Shown one piece after another: positions 38,173 to 51,529 of a stretch of 64,000 nt of DNA. The position numbers were made by a program, and so were the translations under genes. The first letter of the stretch is position 1; each line of letters begins with the position of its first letter. The notes beneath the pieces were generated by a model, which saw only the letters and a list, made by a program, of their open reading frames with translations, was not told where the DNA came from and did no database searches. Source of the DNA: Octopus bimaculoides (lineage: Eukaryota); NCBI RefSeq assembly GCF_001194135.2, contig NC_069003.1:28844577-28908576 (forward strand). The letters run 5' to 3'.

Positions 38173-39239
38173 AATATTAATACTGTCATGATCAAAATAC
38201 TTGAAATTGCTTTGGTTGCTTAGCCCAGGTGAAACCTAATTTGGTTAAAAACGTCCCAACATGAACCTCATTTCATTTTGTCTTGCGGTAATTGTGTTAT
38301 CCAGTGTGTACTTCTCACTTTAAGAAGTTTGATGCTATTTGAGAGACATTTCCCTGGTATTTCTAGCAGATCTAGTTGTCATGTGGATATTAACTTTTGT
38401 CTCCATCTTTTGATTAACTTAAGGGACTCTTTAACGAAAATTTTGGTATACTGCATTAATGATGTTTTTTCTTTCAACTGCATAATTCTGTATTTAATCA
38501 TTGTAATTGTTGTCAATTGTGACAAAAATATCCATAGAAACAGAATTTCGATTTGAGTTATTGCTGAAATTGTGTAAACCTCACGTGCAACGTAAAAATA
38601 TGACAAGTCGTGTCAAATATATAGTGTAACATGTATTTGGCAACGCTCAGTCTGTGTTTCATTTATCTGATGTTAGTTGGTAATTTGATGCAGAGTGTGT
38701 CGTAGGCAGTTTCGCTCCTCCCGAGAGTTTCGTGTTGCCCGCCTCATATTTTATTCCATCATGTCCAAAACGTCTGTTTACAGAACACCAAAGGAAGGAA
38801 AACAGAAATTTTAAAGATGAATAGGAGTTGTAATTTTACAATGTTTTTGCTAATGATACAACAACTTGCATGCTAAGTGATTCTACAATAATAGCTGTAA
38901 ACAATGTAATTTAATTCACTATTCGGTTACTCACAAGGAGCAGGAATATGCTAAACTAGTAAAAAGTTATGTCTCAATAGTTTGAATGATAATTCTGAAA
39001 AATTTAACCTATCGAAGCATTTTTTAAACTTGAGAAACATAACATCGCTGCAAAAAAATACGTACTGTGTGTAACATGCAAAATTATAAGGCACTGAATG
39101 ATGCTGAAGATGCTTAGGCCTTGATAAGTATAAATAAATGGCTCTTTGGTCGAATTCATGAATTAGCACTCAACATAGCAGAAAGATGTCAGGCACCAAC
39201 ACTAAAAAGAAAAAAAACTCATTCAGGACATGTAATATA

Positions 39240-39395
39240 GGAGCACTTCGTCGGTTACGGCCACGAGTGTCCCAGCTGATACGATCAACGGAAAACTTGC
39301 TCGTGAAATTAGCTTGCAATTGGCTGAGCACTCCACAGACACGTGTACCCTTAACATAGTTCTCGGGGAGATTCAACGTGACACAGCGTGTATAT
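39240..39395 (-). mobile_element. Dispersed repeat family D
   Basis: Reverse complement matches 26120-26190 and 8130-8230. Confidence 0.6.
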
Positions 39396-41995
39396 CGAAA
39401 CCTTACGTTTGCAAGAGCAAATCTTCGTTTCGAAGATACGTTAATACTTTGCACTAACAAACGAGGATATTTCTAACATTTTGTTATGTAGGGCAGAGTT
39501 CACAATTGTTTATTTGTTCCGGCTTCAGACACTAATGAGATTAAAGAAGGAATTTATTTTTTAATTTAGGAAGAATACTTGGAATAGAATGTATTCAATT
39601 AAAAATATCTCAAAACAAAACTGTCCCTTGTTCTAGATTGACAGGGAGGTTATTTAAATAACCTCAAAATAATGAACCACCAAGTTAATCTCAAGAGCAT
39701 TTGAACTCGGTGTGCAGAAAACCGCTAAAAAAAATATTGTAAATAATTTTGTTCTCACACTAACAGCTCTGCCAGTTCAGAATATCCTGTTATTTTTGAG
39801 ATATTATATCAAACAGATATCACTTTAAATATTTCTTTGCAAGGCAAATATCCTGATATTTTCATTCTCAGCTTACAAAACAAATATTTCTGCTGAACAG
39901 GACTATTCATGTGAATTATTTACAGATTACATTGCTTTTTATAGAATCATTAATTGAAAGAAATGACAGCAAACTGCAAAAGAAAAGAAAATAATAGTGA
40001 AGTTGAAAAAATGACCTGAAGCTCAAATTAGCATTTCAATCTGATTTGGTTAATGTTCTCGAGGCGCACCTAAAGAGCTACGCAAGCAGACGATTGAATT
40101 TTTATGATATTTGGAAACTCGAGTGCTATGAAAGATAAGGATGACTCTGAAATATGTAAAAATAGCAAAATACACGTATTTACAATAAGATTTATAACGT
40201 ATAATTTCTATTTTTTCAGTTACTTAGTGCTGTGAATACACCGTTTATCGATCGCAAACTTAGGCGTTTTTAAGGCATCTACAATGGGATATGTATACGG
40301 AAACTACTTTGAACTTTACTAAGCATCAAAACTGGGTTTTTTTTTCTAATTCTCAAAATATTCTGTGAAACAGGTCAACTTGTATTCTTAAGATTCAAAT
40401 ACAGTTTAACAAGAAATGCAATTATTTGTTCACGAATATCTCAAAAAATTCTCCTTTATAAAGTCTTTTTTAAATCATTCCAACTTCACTAAGCTTCTTG
40501 TCTCTTGTTTTGGTGGTGACACAAGTGATATGGAGGGCTCCGATGGAAGCGTTACAATTCGATGCACCAACTATTCTACGAATCCACTGACCTCAAAATA
40601 TTGAAGCATAATGAAATTCCAAGCGTTGAGAATTTCGTCATTGTCCCCTACCATTTCTACTTGGCCGATATTGGTATAATACACCTCTCATCCAATATTC
40701 AAGTTACGACCACCATTCTTTCACGTATTGTGTTACCTGTTTTATTTCTTAAGACGGTAGGTTTTGATATGAGGATGAATTAGTAGTTATTTCCAGCAAT
40801 TTGGGCAACCACTTAAGATGTCACTCTGTTTTTTTTTACATCCATATCTATGAAAACGTGAGATATTATCCAAATTTCAAGCGGGACATATCGTCGCGCA
40901 GACTGGAAATGTCATTTCGAATATAAGTGAAGTGTAATAGTTAACCCTTAATGTATATTTTTAATTGAGGTTGGCTTTTGGGGAGAGTGAGAAAGAGATA
41001 AAGAGGGAAAGAGAGAGAGAGAGAGAGTCTCACTGATAAAGAAGGAGATTGGGAAGAGAAAAGAACGAAAGAGGGAGAAAGAGAAAGAGAGAGAGAGTTC
41101 CCTTTTTTTCAGTTTTGACTACACGGTGTTATAGATTGATAATATAATGAAACCGCAGTGTATTTCAACCAATGTGCGACTTCTCTCTTCATTGAAGCTG
41201 CGCGCATTCGCGTCTTATCTTATCATGCAAATAAATTGTCTATTGAAACAGATCCCCACTCGGATAAAGTAATTGAAAAACATCGACTCCAAAAGTATGA
41301 AAAACAAATTTCGTCTCACGGTATTTGAACTAGGAACACATTTTCAGATAGTGTTTTCGACTGTCTAACGAATACGCTAATATACAGAACTGCATGAGAT
41401 ATTTGGTTAACATATTAAATTACTATAACATTACATTAACATGAAACACGTTTATCCAATAAATAGCTAGAGAGAAGTACAAATGCATTATGTTGCATAT
41501 TCGAGTACCAGTGCTTCTTACCTAATGCACAGACCTCAAACTTCACGGAGAGATACGGTCGGTTAAACTAAACTTAAGACAACTACTGCATTATTTTATT
41601 GACCACGAAAGTATGAAGGCAGATTTAACCTCGATAGAGTTTTAATTTAGATAAGAAAGGATGATACTTATATATTGCTAGGAATTTTGTTCGGCGATCT
41701 AACCTTTCTGACAACACTCCACCTGTGGAAAGAAATAGAAAATTCATATTAAATTGTATGCCATATCATAATTACATGAGATATATTGGTAATAAAAGGG
41801 AAATTATTATGTTTAATATAATCCGAAATAATATCGTTGAAGGAGAAAGATGCGATATCTATAAATATTTTCATTTTATCTTTCAAATGTTTCCCAATTA
41901 AATCTAATAAATTAATTCCGTGAATTGAAGTTACGGAAGATGTAACTTCTTTCCCTCTTTGACGATAATAAGATCCTACAAACACCCGCGTGTGT

Positions 41996-42041
<46 letters not shown>

Positions 42042-42619
42042 NNNNNNNNNNNNNNNNNNNNNNNNNNNNNNNNNNNNNNNNNNNNNNNNNNNNNNNNNNN
42101 NNNNNNNNNNNNNNNNNNNNNNNNNNNNNNNNNNNNNNNNNNNNNNNNNNNNNNNNNNNNNNNNNNNNNNNNNNNNNNNNNNNNNNNNNNNNNNNNNNNN
42201 NNNNNNNNNNNNNNNNNNNNNNNNNNNNNNNNNNNNNNNNNNNNNNNNNNNNNNNNNNNNNNNNNNNNNNNNNNNNNNNNNNNNNNNNNNNNNNNNNNNN
42301 NNNNNNNNNNNNNNNNNNNNNNNNNNNNNNNNNNNNNNNNNNNNNNNNNNNNNNNNNNNNNNNNNNNNNNNNNNNNNNNNNNNNNNNNNNNNNNNNNNNN
42401 NNNNNNNNNNNNNNNNNNNNNNNNNNNNNNNNNATATACCTTTCGGGATTGCTGCTGACCTGCCATTGATCTGCAGAAACACAAGCGAACACTCATCCTA
42501 TCATATATACACACGCATACACACACACTACCACACATCCACGTATGCACACACGCACACATTCATACTGACCATCTTCACGCTCTCCTGTCCCTCCAAC
42601 CCACTTTCTCTACAACGAG

Positions 42620-42775
42620 TTTCTACACGGTTTTCAGCTTCTAAATTTACTCACAAAGCAGTGACCTGCCTGGTGCTATATTGGAAGAGACTTGCGCAAG
42701 GTGCCGTGCAGTGGGATGGAAACCGAAAGCAGTTGGTTTCAAAACAAGCTTCTTCACAACAGCGACATAGCATTT
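42620..42775 (-). mobile_element. SINE family B 5' half
   Basis: aatttactcacaaagc...agacttgcgcaaggtgccgtgcagtggga is the reverse complement of the CORE-like segment. Confidence 0.6.
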
Positions 42776-43397
42776 ATTTAGAAAGTGGAACCTGGTATGT
42801 GGAGAAAGTGAATGTTAATCACAAACAAAATCTTAATTAAGATTAATAACAGAATAATTGTAAAACATATGCTGTCCTTGATCGGAATGAAAAGATAAAA
42901 AAAAAAGGAAAGTAAACAAACCGGCGTGCGCATTAAATCTGATGTGTGTAATGCCTACTCTTTTATTCATAAATCGATACTTCTTATTAAGGCAGCGTTA
43001 TCCAGAAAGACATTTACCATCATTAGCCTCAGACATTTCAGTATATTACATGCCGCAATGTTTCTTATTTCGTACCAGAAGTGCAGACAGGTTAAAATAG
43101 ATTAAATCGATACCAACAAAAAGGGAAAAAACAAACGAACAAATAAGCAAAAAGAAAAAAAGGAAAAAAGAAACACGTGTGTAATTTCAGATATCTACGT
43201 ATGGCAACCCATCCTAAACTTAATGTTACACATCGTCAGTGGAGCAACAGAACACAAATAAATGAGTAATGTTTGATCCCAATTTGCTTCCTGAACTATG
43301 AACTGACCGCCATAACATCCAGGGAAATAAACACATCCTGGCTATAACAAGATATGTTTCAAGGTTAAGCGAACACAACAACAATCCATTAAACTAG

Positions 43398-43600
43398 AGC
43401 CACAAGATATGAAATTTGGTGGGAAAGGAGCTCGTCGACTACATCGAACCCAATGCTTGACTAGTACTTGTTTTACTGAACACGAAAAGATGAAAGGCAA
43501 TGCCGGCCTCGGCGGAATTTGAACTCAAAACAAAAAGACAGACGAGATGCTGATTAGGCCATTGCTGGACGCATTAACGATTCTGTCTGCTCACCGCTTT
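43398..43600 (-). mobile_element. SINE family A
   Basis: gtcgactacatcgaaccc...gatgaaaggcaa...ctcggcggaatttgaactca...gctcaccgc. Confidence 0.75.
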
Positions 43601-44334
43601 AGTAACAACAGCAACACCACCACCACCACCAACAACAATGATAATAATATATATACCGATTGCCGTATATTACAATTAATTATCCACGAAGCCAAGTTGA
43701 CACTGATTTGCTGCGTAAATGAAGCAAATCAGTTTCCTTGCTGCTCAACTGAGAAATACGATGTATTGATGTAATACTCCGATACAAATGAATACGTTAA
43801 ATGTAAATCATATAGAAATTCTGGCACGAAGACAAATTCGTTCAGGCGGATTATACCTGTGACATGAAATCCGACTGAGATATGGGGAGAATGAAGCCCA
43901 CGATCGTTAACCGATATAATTTGATCCTATGTGAATTTTAAGATAATAATATGTCATCGATAATATGCCCATATGGAGTATGCTATGTTTGGAAGGAGAA
44001 TGTAACAAAACCTAGTAACAACTATGTAAGTATTGACGTATTTTATATAGATTAGACATTGAAATTATACAAAGGATTAAACGAAACTTCGCCATTTCAT
44101 TTGCTATGGGCTGAAAGGGGATAGCAGACAAGAATGAGGTGTTTTGTCGATGGAATAAAAACAAATGGTTGCTCTTAGACTAAGACTCAGTTCCATAGTT
44201 TTAGATTCTTCTCCTACACCACCGTATATGGAATCAACTCATAAACGCCACTCTAGTTCCTGAGTCTGAATTGGTCCTGATAAGACTAAAACGCTAAATT
44301 AATTGGTGGGTTAGTGTCCTAGAACGTCATATTC

Positions 44335-44440
44335 TTTCATTTGCTTCAGTCATTTGACTGCGGCCATTCTGGAGCACCCCCTTTAGCCGAACAAATCGTC
44401 CTCAGGACTTATTCTTTGTAATTCTAGTAATTATTCTATC
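44335..44440 (-). mobile_element. SINE family B 3' end
   Basis: ttcagtcatttgactgcggccattctggagcacc. Confidence 0.6.
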
Positions 44441-44469
44441 GCACTGCATAGGAGTGCTTTATAATTCCT

Positions 44470-44680
44470 CAATTTTTTGTACCGTTACCTCAATGGCCGT
44501 TTTTCCTGGGAGGTGTCTAATCCCATACATCCATCACTCAGGAACCCTTTAGCTAGTCATCTCTCCATTTCTCATAACGCTTATTGGGTCCAATTGCGTC
44601 AGTCATGTAGTAATCATTATGCTTATTCCTAGTTTCCTCAAACATTGATTCGGAGGAAATGTCTAATTGATGGCATCGTT
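44470..44680 (-). mobile_element. Possible RTE-like LINE 3' remnant
   Basis: Frameshifted VMRNGE..*RVPE..KRPLR loosely resembles GHVMRM..KRV..KRP.GRP. Confidence 0.3.
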
Positions 44681-45518
44681 CCTGTATTCAACGTCATCAA
44701 AATTATAGTCATGGAAGACGGTTGTTATATATATATATATATATATATNNNNNNNNNNNNNNNNNNNNNNNNNNNNNNNNNNNNNNNNNNNNNNNNNNNN
44801 NNNNNNNNNNNNNNNNNNNNNNNNNNNNNNNNNNNNNNNNNNNNNNNNNNNNNNNNNNNNNNNNNNNNNNNNNNNNNNNNNNNNNNNNNNNNNNNNNNNN
44901 NNNNNNNNNNNNNNNNNNNNNNNNNNNNNNNNNNNNNNNNNNNNNNNNNNNNNNNNNNNNNNNNNNNNNNNNNNNNNNNNNNNNNNNNNNNNNNNNNNNN
45001 NNNNNNNNNNNNNNNNNNNNNNNNNNNNNNNNNNNNNNNNNNNNNNNNNNNNNNNNNNNNNNNNNNNNNNNNNNNNNNNNNNNNNNNNNNNNNNNNNNNN
45101 NNNNNNNNNNNNNNNNNNNNNNNNNNNNNNNNNNNNNNNNNNNNNNNNNNNNNNNNNNNNNNNNNNNNNNNNNNNNNNNNNNNNNNNNNNNNNNNNNNNN
45201 NNNNNNNNNNNNNNNNNNNNNNNNNNNNNNNNNNNNNNNNNNNNNNNNNNNNNNNNNNNNNNNNNNNNNNNNNNNNNNNNNNNNNNNNNNNNNNNNNNNN
45301 NNNNNNNNNNNNNNNNNNNNNNNNNNNNNNNNNNNNNNNNNNNNNNNNNNNNNNNNNNNNNNNNNNNNNNNNNNNNNNNNNNNNNNNNNNNNNNNNNNNN
45401 NNNNNNNNNNNNNNNNNNNNNNNNNNNNNNNNNNNNNNNNNNNNNNNNNNNNNNNNNNNNNNNNNNNNNNNNNNNNNNNNNNNNNNNNNNNNNNNNNNNN
45501 NNNNNNNNNNNNNNNNNT

Positions 45519-45549
<31 letters not shown>

Positions 45550-46249
45550 TAGTGAGCAAGCTACTTACCACACAGCCACTCCTGCGCGTATGCATGTATT
45601 ATTGGTTTTGTGTATGAGAGAGTGGGTGAATGAATGAATGAATGGGTGAACTTCAGTTTTGTCTTGTTTCTTTTGTTGTTATGTATTTACCTGTCCATTT
45701 GCAACAGATTCGGTATGCATCATATACTTGGAAATTGAAATTTTGAACATGCGCTTTGCCAATATCTCCGCTTTCTCACATCAATTGAAGTGGACTTTGA
45801 CTTTCATCTTTTCAGGTGACAGTAACGAGAGGCTCTGTCAAGTACTGGGGCATTATCATCGATTGATTACTTTCCGGCATTCTTTAGCCTTGTGACTGCA
45901 TCTAAAACACACAGGGAATTTCACATTGATGACAGCTTAGAATTAAAGTTTAATTTCATTTGGAATGAATTTGATTGGATCCGAGTTAAGCTGAACTCTT
46001 CTTCAAATGATCACGTGAACCTTCCGCTAATGGATACTCTACGTGATCCCTGACCCGCCAATAGCAGCAGTTAAAACATCTCTCAAACTTATATTACAGT
46101 ACCTTTACAAAAGAAAATATCGAATGATGAATTCTTATTGTACTGTTGAAGAAAGTGGGATGGCCACGGTTAAAGTGCTTTTGATCATAAATCTGCACCA
46201 TGAAGGAGGACATTCTGCTATATAGCAGTAATAATAATATTGATTTTCA

Positions 46250-46400
46250 ATTTTCGGCACAAGTGGAGCAAGATTTAGACAGGGGATAAGTCGATTATAC
46301 CGGCCCCAGTGTTAAACCGATATTTTATCGATCCTGGAAGGATGAAAAGCAAAGTCGACCTCCAAGGAATTTGAATACAGAACGTGAAGACAGACGAAAC
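46250..46400 (-). mobile_element. SINE family A
   Basis: aagtcgattatac...ttttatcgatcctggaaggatgaaaagcaaagtcgacctc...gaatttgaa. Confidence 0.75.
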
Positions 46401-47299
46401 GTATTCGTATTAAGAGTGTGTTATAATGACCTTATATTGTGATTGCCTTTTAAAAGCCTTAATAAATTCAATTCAAGACACCTTTTGGATGAAACATTCC
46501 ATTTAGAAACGTCCAGTTCTATCTTCAAACAGTGTAGCAGAATTACATTTTCCCGTGTGCTCCTCCTGTTTTTTTAAGAAGCTAATGTGCTGTGACAGGT
46601 AATTGGCAGCTGCGTTTTTTTGCCAGTCCAACCGCCCCGTAGAATTAACTTCATTGGCTTGTGTTAATGCGATGTTATCCTTAGGACGTACATATGCCAC
46701 AAATTGAAATTCATCTATTTCTGTCATGATAATTAGCAAGAAATCCCTATGGCCGAATGCAGTAACCAATTTGTAAATGGTTCTACCTATCTTATATAAT
46801 GAAACTGCTGAACAGCGATGGCAAACTATTATTAGCGTTCTGGACTGATATGATTTCAAAACGTAACACCAGTAAAGCTAATATATAATGATGTCCTAAG
46901 GATGAATAACCTACACATTTTATTACATTACATGTCTAACGATATACGTTCTATGATTTGCCAAATTATTCATTTGCTTCGATGTCACAGAATATATTAT
47001 ATCTTGCAGGATATCTGTTTTACATCACTATTCATTTTTATAGTCGTAGAAAAAAGGACAGCGAATAGGTGTGCACTTACATGCTCTCACCTAATGCTAG
47101 GAATAACAACCAAATATACTTCATAAGGTGCCGTGTATGGCTAAAAGATACACCAAGCAGCTACAAGGATTTGTGTTCATTCATGCTGCTCACCGCCTGA
47201 TGGTACTTCCTTCTACAATGCTTTGGAATCACCAAAAGCATTGTGAATGAGAGTTGGTATACAGAATCTGTACTAAAACCAACCGCGAAGATACCGTAG

Positions 47300-47560
47300 C
47301 CAGTCTTGAATGTTTATACGCCCCTCGTAACTATGTCCCCAACACCATGTCTATTATTCCCTCTCCTACACTGGTCCTATGCATCCTACTAAGGTGTAGA
47401 CACTCCCCTGTTAACCATGTTTCAGTCATGCGTCCACCACGCTACACCTCCACAACACTCACACACAAAGCTTGTTTCTTGACATACCAACGTTTCTCAG
47501 CACGTCCACCCACTTATAAGCGACTCTGTCCACGCATGCCAATGTATACACAAGGAAATA
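47300..47560 (-). mobile_element. Possible RTE-like LINE 3' remnant
   Basis: QSRL*VGGRAEKRWYVKKQALCVSVVEV*RGGRMTETW resembles RLRWYGHV..VKK...VEG.RGRGRPRKTW; GC-richer than flanks. Confidence 0.4.
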
Positions 47561-48347
47561 ATTATACTAAAATGGATGCTGGATTACAACTACCTAAACC
47601 TTAAATGATTTTTACAAATTTGCACAAAACCTACCCGAATTCCCCACCTCCAATTTATTAATGGCAGAGTGAAGATTTGTAAGCCATTACAAAAATCTTC
47701 TATCTGTGACTCTTATGTTAATAGATGAACATACTTGGGTGTATGCATCGACAGTTCAACCAACACACCATTTCGACCATACATTTACAAACATCAGGAA
47801 CTCTCCTAACTCATAAAGTCTTGCCGCTATTTTAGTGATGGGCTTGAACACTCTCAGGAAAAATTTAAATAAAACTTAAAGAAAAATCGTACATACATAC
47901 ATTTGTTTGTGTCTATGTGTGTGTGGGTGTGTAAGTGATTATCTGTGTACACATCATATTTCTTCTAAAAAGTGTGAGGAAACAAAGAAATGTCTTGGCT
48001 GCACCTGGAGTTAAATTAACCTAGATATACTGGAATTCATGACAAAGCAATTTTTGAATGAAAACCCAAATATATCAAACCCAAACAAAAAAAAGACATA
48101 AAAAAGCCAATCTGACAATATAATTATACTGTTTCCCTATTTCCGTAAATCCCTCGTTCAATAAAATCTAAATCAGTTCTGTATTATTCAAAAGAAAACG
48201 TTAAAAGCCCTTTTCTCTCGATACAGCAAAACAATCTGTTCAATAACCTTGAATACACCCTGCAGCACTAAAATCATTTACTTCGCGTTATGCTTATCTT
48301 TGCTCAAATACAGACATGCGCACACAGACACGCATACACTCACACAG

Positions 48348-48385
<38 letters not shown>

Positions 48386-49506
48386 GTGTATGTGTATGTG
48401 TGGTTTTTGCATATAATATTCTATAGTGCTTTGTTGATCGTCTTTTGGAAACCACGTATTCTTTCGGCGTGTTTTGATTTCTGTAGTTCGTGTATTTCTT
48501 TTGTTGCTTGAAAACTGTGATTTTCCTGTTGGTTTGTTATTAGTGGGTGAGGCGTAGTTTTTGTGTGTAATAACTGAGTCGTTGTATAACGTCATATATT
48601 TTGATGCTTTTGTCTTTTAGTTGATAATAATATTTTGCTCGACTGCAGTTGGTATTATTGCTGTGGACCTGGTTTGCGTTGTATTTTCGTTTAACATGTT
48701 ATTTGCTTCTTGCCTATTATCTGTAGTTTTTGTATTGGTATTGCAATGGAATTATTTTATCCTTTCTTGATCTTATATATATATTTATTCCTTACCGTTT
48801 TTACCCTTTTTGTCTTATTTTACTTGCTCTCCACCCTTTGAAAATTTTCAAGTACGTACGCCCACATGCACCTATAAACTTTCATACAGTAAACACGCTT
48901 GCTCGCGCACAACAGTATACATTCCTTTGCAACAATTATTCCCCATTCTGCTTTGAATTCCAACTGCAATAGTACCTCACACTTTAAGCATACTTTTCTC
49001 TCCCTCTTCACCAAAATTGATTCTCCTCTCACTTCTCTTTACATTATCTGTTTCTCAAAGGCCAATCAATACTTTTGCAAATCTCTATGACTTCTACTCT
49101 CGCGGAAATTGGCACCAGTTACGTAAAAAGCCAAAGACTGTTCAGCATTATTATATATACGGTACTTGCCCACATAGAATCTCTATGTGCGTCTGGGAGG
49201 ATTAATTAAATAAAAACAAAGTAAAAATGAAACCTATCAAAAGCTGATGAGGATCTCCAAATCAGTGACATCCATGGCATCGAGTGGAGATGAGTTTTTG
49301 GAGGAACGACGCAATCAATGAAACGTATGAATGTAAATGACACCAATATCCCATTATATATTGGATCAGTCAGAGCCCAATTTCTTACAGAAAAAGGGAA
49401 GCTGGAAAAGAATGAAAAAATAAATATAAACTACGGATAATTCTTCGATATAAAGGCAATGAGAAAGCGTTGATACATCCCACATACATTTAAACATATA
49501 CATAAG

Positions 49507-49770
49507 CAGGGACGGGGTACTGAAAAATTCCAGGCTTTAAGAGTGTCGTGAAACACCCTGTTTGGAAGGGGAATATTTTGGATAAAATTATAATTAAGCG
49601 ATCCTCCTGTATACCCAAAGCCAGAAACTTTTCTGTACACCCTACTCTGTAGGTCTAGCTGGAGGCCCAAAATTCCGAGTTCTTTCACATGACTTAGAAA
49701 AACTGAAGGACTGCTGCAAAAGTGTACGAATCTGAGAGGGGCATATATGTTGAATAAAATCGAAATTACC
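49507..49770 (+). mobile_element. Mariner MITE, same family as 6779-7000 (short complete copy plus adjacent partial copy)
   Basis: tactgaaaaattccaggctttaag...ccaaagccagaaacttttctgtacaccc, then gacttagaaaaactgaag...ctgagaggggcatatatgttgaataaaatc. Confidence 0.7.
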
Positions 49771-50344
49771 TATGTATATATACACACACACAAAACACGA
49801 AGCTGGTTTGAAGTATACGATTGCTGGGGCAACTTATTTTCTACATACTCATCCCTCCTCAATGACTTTCCATTTGGTTAGTATGAAAATATATTCATAA
49901 TTATTAAGTGCGGGCAATTATCAAGGTAAAAAAATAAGTAAGAGTAAATGTGAAAATACAGGAACAGGTATATCAAAATATTCGATTAATGTTAGTGTTA
50001 AGTATCTTACAAATAAGCGTAAATTATTATGTTAGCATAATTATAGATTAAAGGGATAAGTATATCAAAAGAAATGACATTATTAAAGAGAGAGTAATAT
50101 ATCACAGTATAAGTCAATGAAGATGTCCCATAATTTACCTGAAGTTAATTATATTGTTAAACTTAAGACCTTGCGTAACAGGTCTTGTGTAACAGATTAA
50201 GCTTCTGATTTATATGAATCGAGAATATTTAATTTTGGAAAACTGTTAGCTTCACAATGAAAGATTCACAATATCACCCAAATTAAATTAAAACCCACAA
50301 CGATACGAAAAAAAAAAAAAATTTCAATATAAACACGATGTTGT

Positions 50345-50612
50345 AGTTGTTTCGTTGTTGTTGTTTTTGTTGTTCTGCTTATTGTTCTTGCTTTTGTTAT
50401 CGTTCTTGTTCTTGTTCTTCTTCTTCGTCTTCTTCTTCTTGTTCTTGTTCTTGTTCTTCTTCTACTACCTCTTCTTCTTCTTCTTCTCCTTCTTCTTCTT
50501 CTTCTTCTTCTTCTTCTTCTTCTTCTTCTTCTTCTTCTTCTTCTTCTTCTTCTTCTTCTTCTTCTTCTTCTTCTTCTTCTTCTTCTTCTTCTTCTTCTTC
50601 TTCTTCTTCTTC
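50345..50612. repeat. (TTG)/(TTC)n microsatellite
   Basis: Directly visible. Confidence 0.95.
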
Positions 50613-50848
50613 ACGGTTCTATCTTTCCCTCGTATGTATCTTCCGATTTTATCCTGGTCTTTGGGAATTATCATGTATAAATATTATTTGTTGCTCAGCA
50701 GAAGATGAAGGTGTGAAGCTACAAGTTGTTACCAATAGGGGTTGCTACCAATAGGGGACTATCTAAGTATAATATAGGGCCTACATATATTTTCTTTTTC
50801 TATAGAATGAAAATTATTGCAAAGTCTCTGACCAGAGAATCAAAGAAG

Positions 50849-50849
<1 letters not shown>

Positions 50850-50887
<38 letters not shown>

Positions 50888-51085
50888 TTGATGATGGTGA
50901 TGATGATGATGCTGGTGAGAATAATGATGATGATAGTGATTATGATGATGAAGTTGATGATGACGATAATGATGATGTTGATGGTGATGAGGATGATGAT
51001 GATGGTGATGATGATGATGGTGATGATGATGAGGAAGATGATTGTGATGATCATGTTGATGAGGATGATGGAAATGTTGAAATCA
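50850..51085. repeat. Degenerate (GAT)n microsatellite
   Basis: Directly visible. Confidence 0.95.
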
Positions 51086-51320
51086 TGACGACTTCAAATA
51101 TATTTAATTTTCGTGAGATTGAATCTTCTACTCAAGTAATATTAGCGTTAATTTTAATAAATATATTTCCTACTCAATGACACATATTAACCTCGTCTTA
51201 CTGTTGACGGGAAACCGCTAGAACATTAAATTTGCAACTATGAATTCAGTTAGCTGAATTACGTTAAAGCTCTCACTTTCTCTCTCCCTCTCTCTTTCTC
51301 TCCTTCTCTATCTCTCTGTG

Positions 51321-51379
<59 letters not shown>

Positions 51380-51489
51380 NNNNNNNNNNNNNNNNNNNNN
51401 NNNNNNNNNNNNNNNNNNNNNNNNNNNNNNNNNNNNNNNNNNNNNNNNNNNNNNNNNNNNNNNNNNNNNNNNNNNNNNNNNNNNNNNNN

Positions 51490-51529
<40 letters not shown>

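Noticed and set aside
38290-38690. Possible Penelope GIY-YIG C-terminal remnant (LKEKTSLM...LIKR)
   Set aside because: It needs several frameshifts, the catalytic motif is not seen, and it overlaps another repeat motif
46503-46859. 118-aa minus-strand ORF in unique sequence, and a 20-nt + strand microexon-like segment (46579-46598)
   Set aside because: No recognisable motif; the ORF length is within chance for the window; the microexon is not a multiple of three and has no support
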